Virus record (IMG/VR): IMGVR_UViG_3300042317_001568
Coordinates: 141,011-205,010 of that record
Length of the DNA stretch: 64,000 nucleotides
Reading direction: 5' to 3' (one strand)
A program made the position numbers and the translations under genes. The stretch's first letter is position 1. Each line of letters starts with the position of its first letter. Below the pieces are notes generated by a model. It was not told where the DNA came from and did not search any database. It saw nothing but the letters and a program-made list of their open reading frames with translations. Positions 27,657 through 36,888 of the stretch are shown here, piece after piece.

Positions 27657-28796
27657 ATGGATTCTATCGCGCAGCAGACGCGCAGCGTATTTGCACCCGT
27701 TATTGCGCTGAATTTTAACTCAGCGCAATTCGACGAGTGCAAAACATTCTTAGAGTCACGAGTAGCCGACACAGAGCGGCTGCCCGTTGTCGACCCGCGC
27801 CAACTTGTTATGACGGCCGACGGCCGGTTGGCTGAAACTGGCTATCGGTTTAACGCTATTGGTTTTGCTGCCGTCGCGAACGCTTTAATGTCTGGGCTCG
27901 TCGGCGTGTTTAACGACCTGTCAGGCGAATCGAGAAACAGGTTCAACGCTAGTAGTGAAAGTGGTGAACTCGCCGCGGCTGTCAGCATTTACAACACGGC
28001 TTTGCGGTCCCGGTTTGATGTCATGCGTGAGCGCACGTTATTGGCAGACCACCGATCCCGCACGATTGAGGGCTGCCTTGGCATTGAACATAAGCTGCTC
28101 GACAACGCCGTGTTTTTTAACACCATTGCCGAAGAGCTAGAGGCCGCACAACCTAACGCCGAGTTCTACCGGGCCGAGGTCATAGGTCGTGAGTTGCGTG
28201 TGTATTACATGGATGTACGTTCTCGGCGAACAGACGTCTACCGTGATCCGCGCCACACGTTTGCTGCCGGTTGGTACTTCTCAAATCGCGAAGACGCCGG
28301 ACTGGCAATGCGGGCGACGAACTGCTTATTCACCAAATTTGGTCCCGCTGTGGACGGTCGCAGCCGGCACACGAATCTTCGGCATGTCGGCGCAGATTTC
28401 TTTGGTCGAGCTACTTTGCTGATCCGTAAAGCCGCCGGCAATAGCCTCGACATGGCCACTGTAAGCAAAGCTATTTCGCGTCTGAACTCGGTACCCCTTA
28501 ATTTTTCAGAAGATCGCGCGGTATTTAATTCTGCGCTGGCTCAATGGATGGGTTATCTTGGGCAGTTCAAAATCGGTCGCGAGTTCGCTAAGCACATCGC
28601 CCGTAACGCCGCGGTAATAGGCTCTGACATGTCACCGCGAAATCCCTTGGAGGCTTACAACGATGAAATACTGACAAATCGCAACATGTACGACTTGTTT
28701 TGCGCTACGTTACGTTATTCAAAAAATCAGTACCATACTGTTCGTGATCTTTTACAGTCGGCCGCAATGCAGATGCTGCTTCCGACCAAACAATAG
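27657..28796 (+). CDS. hypothetical protein, possibly DUF932-like
   Basis: AGWYFSNREDAGLAMR resembles DUF932 G+.+.NSE.G. Confidence 0.5.
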   Translation: MDSIAQQTRSVFAPVIALNFNSAQFDECKTFLESRVADTERLPVVDPRQLVMTADGRLAETGYRFNAIGFAAVANALMSGLVGVFNDLSGESRNRFNASSESGELAAAVSIYNTALRSRFDVMRERTLLADHRSRTIEGCLGIEHKLLDNAVFFNTIAEELEAAQPNAEFYRAEVIGRELRVYYMDVRSRRTDVYRDPRHTFAAGWYFSNREDAGLAMRATNCLFTKFGPAVDGRSRHTNLRHVGADFFGRATLLIRKAAGNSLDMATVSKAISRLNSVPLNFSEDRAVFNSALAQWMGYLGQFKIGREFAKHIARNAAVIGSDMSPRNPLEAYNDEILTNRNMYDLFCATLRYSKNQYHTVRDLLQSAAMQMLLPTKQ

Positions 28797-28805
28797 GAGT
28801 TAATC

Positions 28806-29666
28806 ATGCCCGCAACGAATGCGATTGTTGAAAAGAATCCCGCCCCGGCTGAACTCGTGCCGGTTGTAAATGTGGATACCTGCACAGCTGAGTTGCAGGA
28901 CGTTGTTATCGAAATTGATCAAATTTTTAGTGACGCTCAGGTCGCTGGCTTAACAGCTTTTTGGCGTATCGGGCAGCTGATTACTCGGGTCAAGAATGAA
29001 CCCGAGGTGTACCTGACTCCCGAGCAACGCTCGGCTCATGTGGACGGAGCCTCGCTGCTTATTTCTATTTTTGCTCCGGTGTACACGGCCGACCAGCTTC
29101 GGAGCGCCGTAAACTTTTTTGAAAAGTACCCGACGGAGAGCGAAATTCACCGATTGCTCGCAATGCGTTGCCCGGAGCGCCCGCGGTGGCGTATGACGCT
29201 GTCGCACGTACAGCTTTTGGCGCAGGTCGCCGACGAGGACACGCGGAATACGCTTGAGAGCACTTGCGCCACGGAGGCGTATACTGCGCGCGCCTTGGCG
29301 ATGGAGCTGCAAGAGATGCGCGGCAAGGGCGCTAACACCGGTCGGCCTCACGCCGCGCCAAAGGGCCTCAAGCAGCAGCTACAGGATTTGCTGCTTCATC
29401 AGAAGCGGTTTATCGCGCGATCTGAGCAAATCTGGCTGAACGACGACGTCGAGAATGTCTACGATACGCTAGCGAACACGGCGCCCGAAAAGGTTGACGA
29501 GAACATGCGGGCGTATTTCACAGAAATTTGCGGCAATTTTACGATCATGTCCGACATGCTCGGCGACCATATGGCGACCTGCAATCGGCTGGCCGAGTTG
29601 CTTCAAGGGACTGAGGGTGACGCGGAGACCGTGACACCTAAAACCGAATCAACGATTGTGCGGTGA
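28806..29666 (+). CDS. DUF1016 N-terminal-like DNA-binding protein
   Basis: FWRIGQLI and LSHVQLLAQVADEDTR...YTARAL resemble YWxIG and LSWSH..L...D...R...WS.R.L. Confidence 0.5.
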   Translation: MPATNAIVEKNPAPAELVPVVNVDTCTAELQDVVIEIDQIFSDAQVAGLTAFWRIGQLITRVKNEPEVYLTPEQRSAHVDGASLLISIFAPVYTADQLRSAVNFFEKYPTESEIHRLLAMRCPERPRWRMTLSHVQLLAQVADEDTRNTLESTCATEAYTARALAMELQEMRGKGANTGRPHAAPKGLKQQLQDLLLHQKRFIARSEQIWLNDDVENVYDTLANTAPEKVDENMRAYFTEICGNFTIMSDMLGDHMATCNRLAELLQGTEGDAETVTPKTESTIVR

Positions 29667-29668
29667 CT

Positions 29669-30202
29669 ATGACAAACGAAATGATCATTCGAAATGTACC
29701 AATTGTTGTTGAGCCCGGCGTAAACGTAATTGAAGCAACTGTAGAAGTTGCTGAGAATGCCGGCACTCGAGAATTTCCTGTACAGCTATTTCGGTTATTT
29801 GTCGACCGCAAGGTTCTAAAGCGTTTGCCGTTTGTGCCGTCCACCACGACGCCGCACGTGTTCTCGCCTGTATCCAGCATCCGTGACTCGCCCATACTTA
29901 TCGTTTATGATCACACGGGCAGGCTCGCGATGTTATACAAACGAGCACGCCGCGACACGTGGGATCGGTATGATTTGTTTGACGAGGTTGTCGGCCGCTG
30001 CGTAATTAGTCCGTCGGTACGCTTTCGCTTTACTAACGAGAAAACGCGGGATAAGTTTTTGCGTTTAGCGGAACAGTTAATTGAGCAAAGTCGCGGTAGC
30101 GTTGTAAACTATGACGACGTGCAGGAGTTCGTCAAAATCATGGGGCGGATGCGCTCGCCGCCCGTGCTGGTTCCTGTCGCGGTTGTAAATCCTGTAGTGT
30201 AG
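29669..30202 (+). CDS. hypothetical protein
   Basis: ORF coupled to the upstream gene. Confidence 0.65.
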   Translation: MTNEMIIRNVPIVVEPGVNVIEATVEVAENAGTREFPVQLFRLFVDRKVLKRLPFVPSTTTPHVFSPVSSIRDSPILIVYDHTGRLAMLYKRARRDTWDRYDLFDEVVGRCVISPSVRFRFTNEKTRDKFLRLAEQLIEQSRGSVVNYDDVQEFVKIMGRMRSPPVLVPVAVVNPVV

Positions 30203-30222
30203 CGCAAGGATGCGATAGCTAT

Positions 30223-30897
30223 ATGGCGGAAGGACCCGCAAGTACGTGCATATGTGTTTTCTTTCGGGACACGCCTGAATGCGTATCGGACGTGGCTACA
30301 GCAGCCACGGGCCCGATTACCCGACTACTCTCGTTGGGTTGCCGTATTCGGTTTGTTTGCGCTGTCGCGCCCGAAAAAAGATCGGCTATTTTTAGTCGCG
30401 TAATGGCTGAACAACCGGCCATTCAATTTATCTTTTTACCGGATACGGCAAGCAAAGCCGACGCGATGTATTTTGCGCTTAACAGCCCCACCCCAGAACA
30501 ATACTTTGCGTGGTTCGATAATCCTACGACACTGCAGGCAAAAACAGATTCCCGCGGTTGGCTTTTTCGGGCTGTCCGGCAATTGCGTGTTTCTGAGCTT
30601 GTAGGCGCTGTGTACCGCGCGCCTGTAGAGTCTCGGCACTGTTCTTGGTTGCAGCGGCAACTGCTTGATTTCGAATTTCATTGCCCTAAGTACGTGAATT
30701 GTGTGACGAGCAATTGGTTGCTAGCGCAGCGCTCTGATCTGCTCAACTGGTCGTGGCCTAAACCGGACATGACAGAAACCGACATGGATGTTTTTCTCGG
30801 GCTGTGGCTGCACGCTAAAAAAATGCGCGTCAACCATTTCCGGGATGACGTTCAAACAACCGCAAACAATTGCGGCATAGAAAAAGCATTATGTTGA
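30223..30897 (+). CDS. hypothetical protein
   Basis: 224-aa ORF. Confidence 0.6.
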   Translation: MAEGPASTCICVFFRDTPECVSDVATAATGPITRLLSLGCRIRFVCAVAPEKRSAIFSRVMAEQPAIQFIFLPDTASKADAMYFALNSPTPEQYFAWFDNPTTLQAKTDSRGWLFRAVRQLRVSELVGAVYRAPVESRHCSWLQRQLLDFEFHCPKYVNCVTSNWLLAQRSDLLNWSWPKPDMTETDMDVFLGLWLHAKKMRVNHFRDDVQTTANNCGIEKALC

Positions 30898-31733
30898 AGA
30901 CAAGATTCAGCTATGTTCAAACAATTAAACGCCGTAACGAACTATACGCAAATGTCTTCGGGCCGCGTATTGGTACGCTCATTGACGGCGACGCGTTAAT
31001 CGCGTTGACGCAGGCGGTAATGTTGTATTTGCCGCAGACAACGTCACGAAACGCCGTATACGAATCTTTGCGTGCTTACGCCGGTACGCAGATCAGTCAG
31101 AAAAACGCCGCTGAAATAGCGTGGCGTCTTGCCGGGAATGTTTTGCGGCTGATCGACGGGACACCTATTTTACCGTGGGTGCAGCAAACTCAGGACGAGA
31201 TGCTGCCTGTCATGGTTGAGCGTGTTGTCTCCGGCGACCGAAAAGGTAAACCCGGATATTATTTCACATTGCGCTGCGTAGGCGGCTCGGCGTGTACCCT
31301 GCAATTTACGCATTTTATGTCTCGCGTGGCGATTAAAATTCTTGCGCGTGCAGTCGGGTTTTCTACAACTAAATGGGGTAAATATCCGTTTGCCGGCCGC
31401 GCCCAGCACTTTGTCGGGCTCCTATTTTTTGCTCACGTGGAAGCCGAGCGTAGCGGCGACCGGCCGTACTTCCACGAAATCAGCGCGTCTACGAGCATGT
31501 TGAAACATAACAAAGCCTTGCTGGAGGTCCGTTGCCGTGCCGCACCGTGCCCTGAAAACTATCAACATCACTGTGTTGACTGCCCTGTAGGCACCGACCA
31601 GTGTCGTTACAGTACGCATCCGCACACATACGACGTTCGCTTTTGCGCGGCCTGTCAAAAAGAAGCCTTTTTCGATTCGCGAATGCCGGCTATGATGTGC
31701 TTGCGTTGCCAACGAGCGGCACGAAGTAATTAA
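30891..31733 (+). CDS. hypothetical protein with C-terminal Cys clusters
   Basis: CPENYQHHCVDC..C...CAAC...CLRC. Confidence 0.65.
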   Translation: MLKTRFSYVQTIKRRNELYANVFGPRIGTLIDGDALIALTQAVMLYLPQTTSRNAVYESLRAYAGTQISQKNAAEIAWRLAGNVLRLIDGTPILPWVQQTQDEMLPVMVERVVSGDRKGKPGYYFTLRCVGGSACTLQFTHFMSRVAIKILARAVGFSTTKWGKYPFAGRAQHFVGLLFFAHVEAERSGDRPYFHEISASTSMLKHNKALLEVRCRAAPCPENYQHHCVDCPVGTDQCRYSTHPHTYDVRFCAACQKEAFFDSRMPAMMCLRCQRAARSN

Positions 31734-31744
31734 AGGATTAATGC

Positions 31745-32407
31745 ATGTCAGGCATAGGTTTTAAACCTCGCGGCGCCAACGGCCCGATGTACAACCCAGA
31801 GCGGGATTATGCGTACATCACCCCGACGCTGATGAGTTACGCAATCGAGAACATGGTTCGCTACGAGCCTGAAGAGCTAAAGCGCTGGAAGGCGGCCAAC
31901 GAAGTTACTGCGTTTGAGATTGAACGTGTCGCAGAGGCGCTTGCTAGGGCGCAACGTGATTTTGTAAATGCAAATGATCCGGTCGCTACGCTTGAGCAGG
32001 CGTTAAGTCGACACGAGTTTTACAATCATCGGCATTGCGTACGGCAACTGTTGTTCGCCAGCATCGGCGAGGTCTTTTGCGCGGCATGGTTCAAAGCCGT
32101 TCGCGAGGTATCCATTGTCGGCGAAGAGTCGCCGGCGCAGGCCGACATGGCGCGCTTTGTCGCGACCGTAAGAGATTTCGCTGTCGCGAGCGCCGTACCC
32201 ACGTACAACCCAGACCATCGCGCCGAGCTCTTGCAGTTCCAAAATGATGTGCTACAAACGCGCATCAACGAGCTGGGGCAGAGCCTGCAAAAAATGCGTG
32301 CCGAGCTAGAGGCCGCACGAGCTACACCCGCCCCAGCCGAAATCCCCGAACCAAAAGCCTCTCGCGGCTGGCGGCATTTTTTTTCTTGGTGGAGTGACCA
32401 TGCCTAA
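31745..32407 (+). CDS. hypothetical protein
   Basis: 220 aa with C-terminal coiled coil. Confidence 0.65.
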   Translation: MSGIGFKPRGANGPMYNPERDYAYITPTLMSYAIENMVRYEPEELKRWKAANEVTAFEIERVAEALARAQRDFVNANDPVATLEQALSRHEFYNHRHCVRQLLFASIGEVFCAAWFKAVREVSIVGEESPAQADMARFVATVRDFAVASAVPTYNPDHRAELLQFQNDVLQTRINELGQSLQKMRAELEAARATPAPAEIPEPKASRGWRHFFSWWSDHA

Positions 32408-33038
32408 GTACAGGATGTACAAGGACCCGCAAGAGTTCAAAAAGAAGATACCGAAAAAACCTTCTGACGCGCTGCGCCTGTTGGGATTGGATTTGGGTAA
32501 CAACTGCGGCGTCGCGATTTACGACTATTTGCCGAAAAAACAGATGTTCAAGGAAAACCTTCATCTGTTTCAATGGGACTTATCGCCGCAGGGGCTTGAA
32601 TCTAGCGTAGCCCGGTACGTCCGCCTGCGCGAATTTTTAAATGTTACGTCTCCTGACGCTATCGCGTACGAAGACGTCAAGTACTCGCCGCCCAAAGAGT
32701 TTTTTGTAAACAAGAAGTTCGGTATTCCGGCGATCCTTTCGCGGGTATCTACTGCGGCTGAAGTTCTTGGCGGAATGAAAGTAACCGTGGCGACATGGGC
32801 TGAAGAGGCCGGATTGTTGAGCAACGGTTACGCCATCAGCACAATTAAAAAGTACGCTACTGGCAGCGGCAAAGCGAGTAAAGACGACATGATTGCTGCG
32901 CTCAACAAACTGCTGGGCGCCTCCTTCGACCAAACCAAGTACAAGTCGACGGGAATCGATAACGTAGTAGACGCGGCTTACGTGTTGTTGCTCATGTCAA
33001 TGCACGTGCAAGCGTCTGCAGAACACAGCAAACTCTAG
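32400..33038 (+). CDS. ruvC: RuvC-like Holliday junction resolvase
   Basis: LGLDLG, AYEDV, IKKYATGSGKASKDDM, DNVVDA. Confidence 0.85.
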   Translation: MPKYRMYKDPQEFKKKIPKKPSDALRLLGLDLGNNCGVAIYDYLPKKQMFKENLHLFQWDLSPQGLESSVARYVRLREFLNVTSPDAIAYEDVKYSPPKEFFVNKKFGIPAILSRVSTAAEVLGGMKVTVATWAEEAGLLSNGYAISTIKKYATGSGKASKDDMIAALNKLLGASFDQTKYKSTGIDNVVDAAYVLLLMSMHVQASAEHSKL

Positions 33039-33040
33039 CG

Positions 33041-33676
33041 ATGGCCAAAGCAATCCTTCATGAGCTGTTGCCAGTCACAGGCGCCGACGATATTGTGACG
33101 CTGTCGTGCGCTGACATGCTCAGCAGGCGAGAACGCCCGGTCTCCCTTTTTACTCCGGGATTGCTGATCACGCACGGGCACCTCGACCGCGACCCCGTGC
33201 AAGAGTTTAACGCGTTGTACCCGGCACCGTCGGACGACTTGAAACCCTTCGCTTTTGATCTGCGAAAAGACAGTGAGCGGTTTTTCGAAGGTCTTGGCGC
33301 GGCGATGATTCCGGGGAAACCGCGGCCCATAAACTTCGACAAACGTCTTTACGCCATCGACAACGAGCGCGCTGACGAGTGTTTTGAGTTTTTATCGGGC
33401 ATATCTTTCTCTGATCCGCGGACCGGTTTTTTTGCGCAGACATGTTCGTACGACCTGATTACGCCCGACCCGACATCTAAATTGCAGCAGATGTTGACCG
33501 TCCGCGTTTTCGGGGTTGTTGCCAATGATTTTGTGGCGCTCTTGCAGGCGCGACCGTATCTGCCGGCAAAGGCTATCAAGATCGGCCTGACCGGCGATAA
33601 CAAATCGTTGTTTTTGCAGAGCCACGGAATTACGGGTATTTTTGACGGAATTGATCCTCTGCAGCATAGGGAGTAA
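33041..33676 (+). CDS. hypothetical protein
   Basis: 211-aa ORF in operon. Confidence 0.65.
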   Translation: MAKAILHELLPVTGADDIVTLSCADMLSRRERPVSLFTPGLLITHGHLDRDPVQEFNALYPAPSDDLKPFAFDLRKDSERFFEGLGAAMIPGKPRPINFDKRLYAIDNERADECFEFLSGISFSDPRTGFFAQTCSYDLITPDPTSKLQQMLTVRVFGVVANDFVALLQARPYLPAKAIKIGLTGDNKSLFLQSHGITGIFDGIDPLQHRE

Positions 33677-33678
33677 TC

Positions 33679-34089
33679 ATGGCAGAGAAGAAAGAATCTG
33701 AGGCGTGCGGCGTTGTTATCCTGACGCCAGACGGAGAATTCAAAACTGAAGTATTCGCCACCCTCGACGAACTCACCGCCCGGCTCACCGAGCTTATTGA
33801 CAAGGACGTATCAGTCTCTTGTTTTGCCGGAATACCCTTACCGATATCAAAACCGCCTTTTAGGCATTTGATGACGCCGCACGGCAACAAGCCTCTTTTT
33901 GCTGCACCCACCGCCGAACTGGAAGCCGACGAGACAGGCTATTTAGGCGTCGATCCGATCCACGTGTTTCCGCCGTCGTCTATACAGGCGCCGGTGAAAG
34001 CACGTCCGGCGGAAGACGAATTTTTCGATGACGAAGTCAGCGATACGATTGATGTTTTTAATCGCATGCTCCCTGACCCGGACAGCTAA
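33679..34089 (+). CDS. hypothetical protein
   Basis: GGAG SD; acidic C-terminus. Confidence 0.65.
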   Translation: MAEKKESEACGVVILTPDGEFKTEVFATLDELTARLTELIDKDVSVSCFAGIPLPISKPPFRHLMTPHGNKPLFAAPTAELEADETGYLGVDPIHVFPPSSIQAPVKARPAEDEFFDDEVSDTIDVFNRMLPDPDS

Positions 34090-34129
34090 ATTTGTTCGCA
34101 TAACACGGCATATTATCTGCGTCTCTGTT

Positions 34130-34161
34130 GCGCGCTATTCAAAGTAGCGCGTATTTTTTTT
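34130..34161 (+). terminator. intrinsic terminator
   Basis: GCGCGCTA-TTCAAAG-TAGCGCGT followed by a T8 run. Confidence 0.7.
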
Positions 34162-34196
34162 ATCCACCAGCGAGAAAATTAAGATGAGTAGCACCA

Positions 34197-34385
34197 ATGC
34201 GCGTAGTCATGTTTCAGGGAAAAGCTGTAAAACGCCAGCGGAGGATCGGGGACGATAAGATCATGGTCACCTTCTACAATAATCACGCGTCGGTTGTCGT
34301 AAGTGCAGCCGCGTGGGAGAATGGAAGGACAGACAAGTACACGGATGGAACGGTTCCGCGAAAGATGGTTGTTAGAAGCCTCTAG
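34197..34385 (+). CDS. small hypothetical protein
   Basis: 62-aa ORF filling the gap. Confidence 0.45.
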   Translation: MRVVMFQGKAVKRQRRIGDDKIMVTFYNNHASVVVSAAAWENGRTDKYTDGTVPRKMVVRSL

Positions 34386-34401
34386 GAGTAAATAGGCTGT
34401 G

Positions 34402-35424
34402 ATGCGTACTTCTGTAAAAACTCGCGCGCAAGTATCGACACTAATCACCGAGCACCGAAAACTGCTCCGGCGATTCAACCGTGTGTCGCACTATATCTCC
34501 GGCATTTGTGCCGGACTGTATCTACCCGGTGTGCATCAGACGTTCGACGTTCCGATGCGCAAGATCACCGGCAAGCGGCCAGTATTTGTGACGCTCGAAG
34601 CGTCAGGACCGAGCCTATCGTTTGTCGGCGCCATTAGCCGACTAAAGGCAGGAAAGCTGAATTGGCAGTCGATCTTCAATTACGACTTAGCTATTCCCAT
34701 GACGCCCCGAGGTGGCGGCCGAGTGGTGAGTGCCAAGAACGTCGTGATAGCTCGGCGTGGTTTAGAGCTGCTTTCTGAGCTGGTGGAATACGGTGAAGCC
34801 GCAGCCGCTAACGAGCACGCGCCGTTAGAGCCCGCGACGTTTCCAACCGTGGTTTACGGGTACGGCCGAATCACGGGTGAAGATTATTCCGCGGTGCTGG
34901 GTTTTGCAGTTCCTAACCCCGCAGATGGTCTTGAGTCTGTTACGGCGCGCAGGTACAGCGCGGCGGAAAAGGTTTTGTCTCGTCGTGGACTAGAAAAGCT
35001 GGAGGACATCGCTGAGGAAATGTGGCCAGTACTGATGGCCGAATTCCGCGCCGAGTACCCCGACTTCCAAATCGCCGGCGAGGTGGTATTGGACGCGCTT
35101 AAAACGCGCGCTGATTTTGTGAATATTCCGCTCCCCGCCGATGAGGCGTTGGCGGTCGATCCCGACGCAGTCGTGCAGGCAATGCGCGATAAGCTGTCTG
35201 GCCGGTTCCGTTACGAAGCGTCCTACAAGGATTTGCTTCTTGCGGCGGCTAATCCCGGCAAACCGCTGCGGATCAGTCGGCTTTCCGCGCTGCAACTGTT
35301 TCCTGTGGAAACAGCGCAGGACTTGCCGGAGTGCTACACGGGTTCGGTGTTGTCGCCGGTGAAGCTGTCGGAAGCCGCCGCCGCGGTTTCCCCCGGAGAC
35401 CCGACACCGGTAGAGGGTAATTGA
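34402..35424 (+). CDS. hypothetical protein
   Basis: about 340 aa; abuts the next gene. Confidence 0.7.
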   Translation: MRTSVKTRAQVSTLITEHRKLLRRFNRVSHYISGICAGLYLPGVHQTFDVPMRKITGKRPVFVTLEASGPSLSFVGAISRLKAGKLNWQSIFNYDLAIPMTPRGGGRVVSAKNVVIARRGLELLSELVEYGEAAAANEHAPLEPATFPTVVYGYGRITGEDYSAVLGFAVPNPADGLESVTARRYSAAEKVLSRRGLEKLEDIAEEMWPVLMAEFRAEYPDFQIAGEVVLDALKTRADFVNIPLPADEALAVDPDAVVQAMRDKLSGRFRYEASYKDLLLAAANPGKPLRISRLSALQLFPVETAQDLPECYTGSVLSPVKLSEAAAAVSPGDPTPVEGN

Positions 35425-35706
35425 ATGTCGCGCTATTTTCTAAACCACGACTGTTCGTTGGACTGGTTATTGCGGCAAGATAGTCGACCTGACATTTTGC
35501 CGAAATTCCCGGACGACGATAGTTTTGGTTTGGTTGTAGCGTACCTTGCGTCAGGGCGCATGGTGTCTGAAGTTATTCCCACGCCGCAGCAGTTCCCCGA
35601 AATCTGCGGCGTCGGTCTTCCGTTGGGCAGGCTGTATTTCCATATTTCCAAAAATCGGTTATACAGTGTGTGCGAGGGATTAACTCCAGAAGCATTTAAC
35701 AACTAA
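35425..35706 (+). CDS. hypothetical protein
   Basis: starts right after the upstream stop. Confidence 0.6.
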   Translation: MSRYFLNHDCSLDWLLRQDSRPDILPKFPDDDSFGLVVAYLASGRMVSEVIPTPQQFPEICGVGLPLGRLYFHISKNRLYSVCEGLTPEAFNN

Positions 35707-35731
35707 ACGAGCGCTAGGCAGTGCGCGTTTT

Positions 35732-35794
35732 GAAGGAACCGGGCGGCAGATGAAAGCTAGTAATCTGCCGCCCGGCCTTCCCTTTCTTTTTTTT
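35732..35794 (+). terminator. strong intrinsic terminator at the module boundary
   Basis: 13-bp stem CCGGGCGGCAGAT/ATCTGCCGCCCGG followed by a pyrimidine/T run. Confidence 0.8.
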
Positions 35795-35810
35795 AGCTAT
35801 TGAGGGAAAC

Positions 35811-36716
35811 ATGGCGCAGCGATACGGCGACCCACGCTCCGAGCGGCTGTCTAACGGACGAAGTTTGGCCGATGTAATGCCGGGCCGCACCAGAGGCATT
35901 CAAGGCGTTATTGTTGCCCCCTCAACTAAAGGCGGCGTACCTATTAACTACAACCCGCACGACATATCAAACATGTCAATTACCGTAGACCCCGACGGAG
36001 AAGGTAAGACGGTATTAAACATTGGTCGGTGCAGCGCCGACGAGATACACACTGCAAATGACGAGGCTAGAAAAAAGTTTCCGGGGCAAGACATAGAGTC
36101 ACAGCGTGAACGCGCGTTATACGCTTTTCAGTTGCTGGCAAAACCGGCAGTAAAAACCGCTGTAGCCCCACAACCTGTTTTGTCGCGTGAGGACGTGCTA
36201 GCAGACGAGGAAAGTGAAGAAGCAGAATTAATCCGGCAGCTTGCAGACGACGCCGGCATTTCTCTGCCTGCTACTCCCCCCATCGAACAAATTGATCGGA
36301 GCTACAGCCCGATGACGGCCTTTGGTTTAAAGAAAAAGGTAGGGCTTTCAGCGCCACCCACGGCTGCGCCCAGTAGCGCTAAAATCGGCCCACCGCAAAA
36401 ACTGGTGTATTTTGAGAAAGAGGGTATAGGGACTGTCCCCGCTTTTTTTCATGACATTATTACGGCCGTGACATACGCCGACGATACGAGCACAGAAGAA
36501 AGCGGCTTCATGGTGTTAATATACGACATTCGTTTTGAGCAGAGCGCCGCGCGGTGGTTTCCTCCAGCTAACGACCCGTATAACCGACCGTGGGCTGTTC
36601 AAATTAACGGCGCCAACAAGCTGTATCTTGTGCATACAACTGGTTTCCAGTATGTTTATGACAGCCACGAATACTGTATTCTGTTGGTTGAGAAGGCTGT
36701 TACCGTGCAGGAATGA
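35811..36716 (+). CDS. hypothetical protein
   Basis: GAGGG SD; first gene after the terminator. Confidence 0.7.
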   Translation: MAQRYGDPRSERLSNGRSLADVMPGRTRGIQGVIVAPSTKGGVPINYNPHDISNMSITVDPDGEGKTVLNIGRCSADEIHTANDEARKKFPGQDIESQRERALYAFQLLAKPAVKTAVAPQPVLSREDVLADEESEEAELIRQLADDAGISLPATPPIEQIDRSYSPMTAFGLKKKVGLSAPPTAAPSSAKIGPPQKLVYFEKEGIGTVPAFFHDIITAVTYADDTSTEESGFMVLIYDIRFEQSAARWFPPANDPYNRPWAVQINGANKLYLVHTTGFQYVYDSHEYCILLVEKAVTVQE

Positions 36717-36720
36717 GAAA

Positions 36721-36876
36721 ATGGAAAAAATGGCCGTGATTCGCCCCGGGCTTACACCTCCCGAAAACGGCGTCGAATCTGGTAAAATTGAAGAGAAAAC
36801 CGCCGCGGTAGAAAACCTCGACAGCGATTTTCGAAAAAAAGCTGCGGAAGCCGCGGCAAAAATTCCTCAAAAATAG
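36721..36876 (+). CDS. small hypothetical protein (51 aa)
   Basis: ATG 4 nt after the upstream stop. Confidence 0.5.
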   Translation: MEKMAVIRPGLTPPENGVESGKIEEKTAAVENLDSDFRKKAAEAAAKIPQK

Positions 36877-36888
36877 CGAGAAATTGCC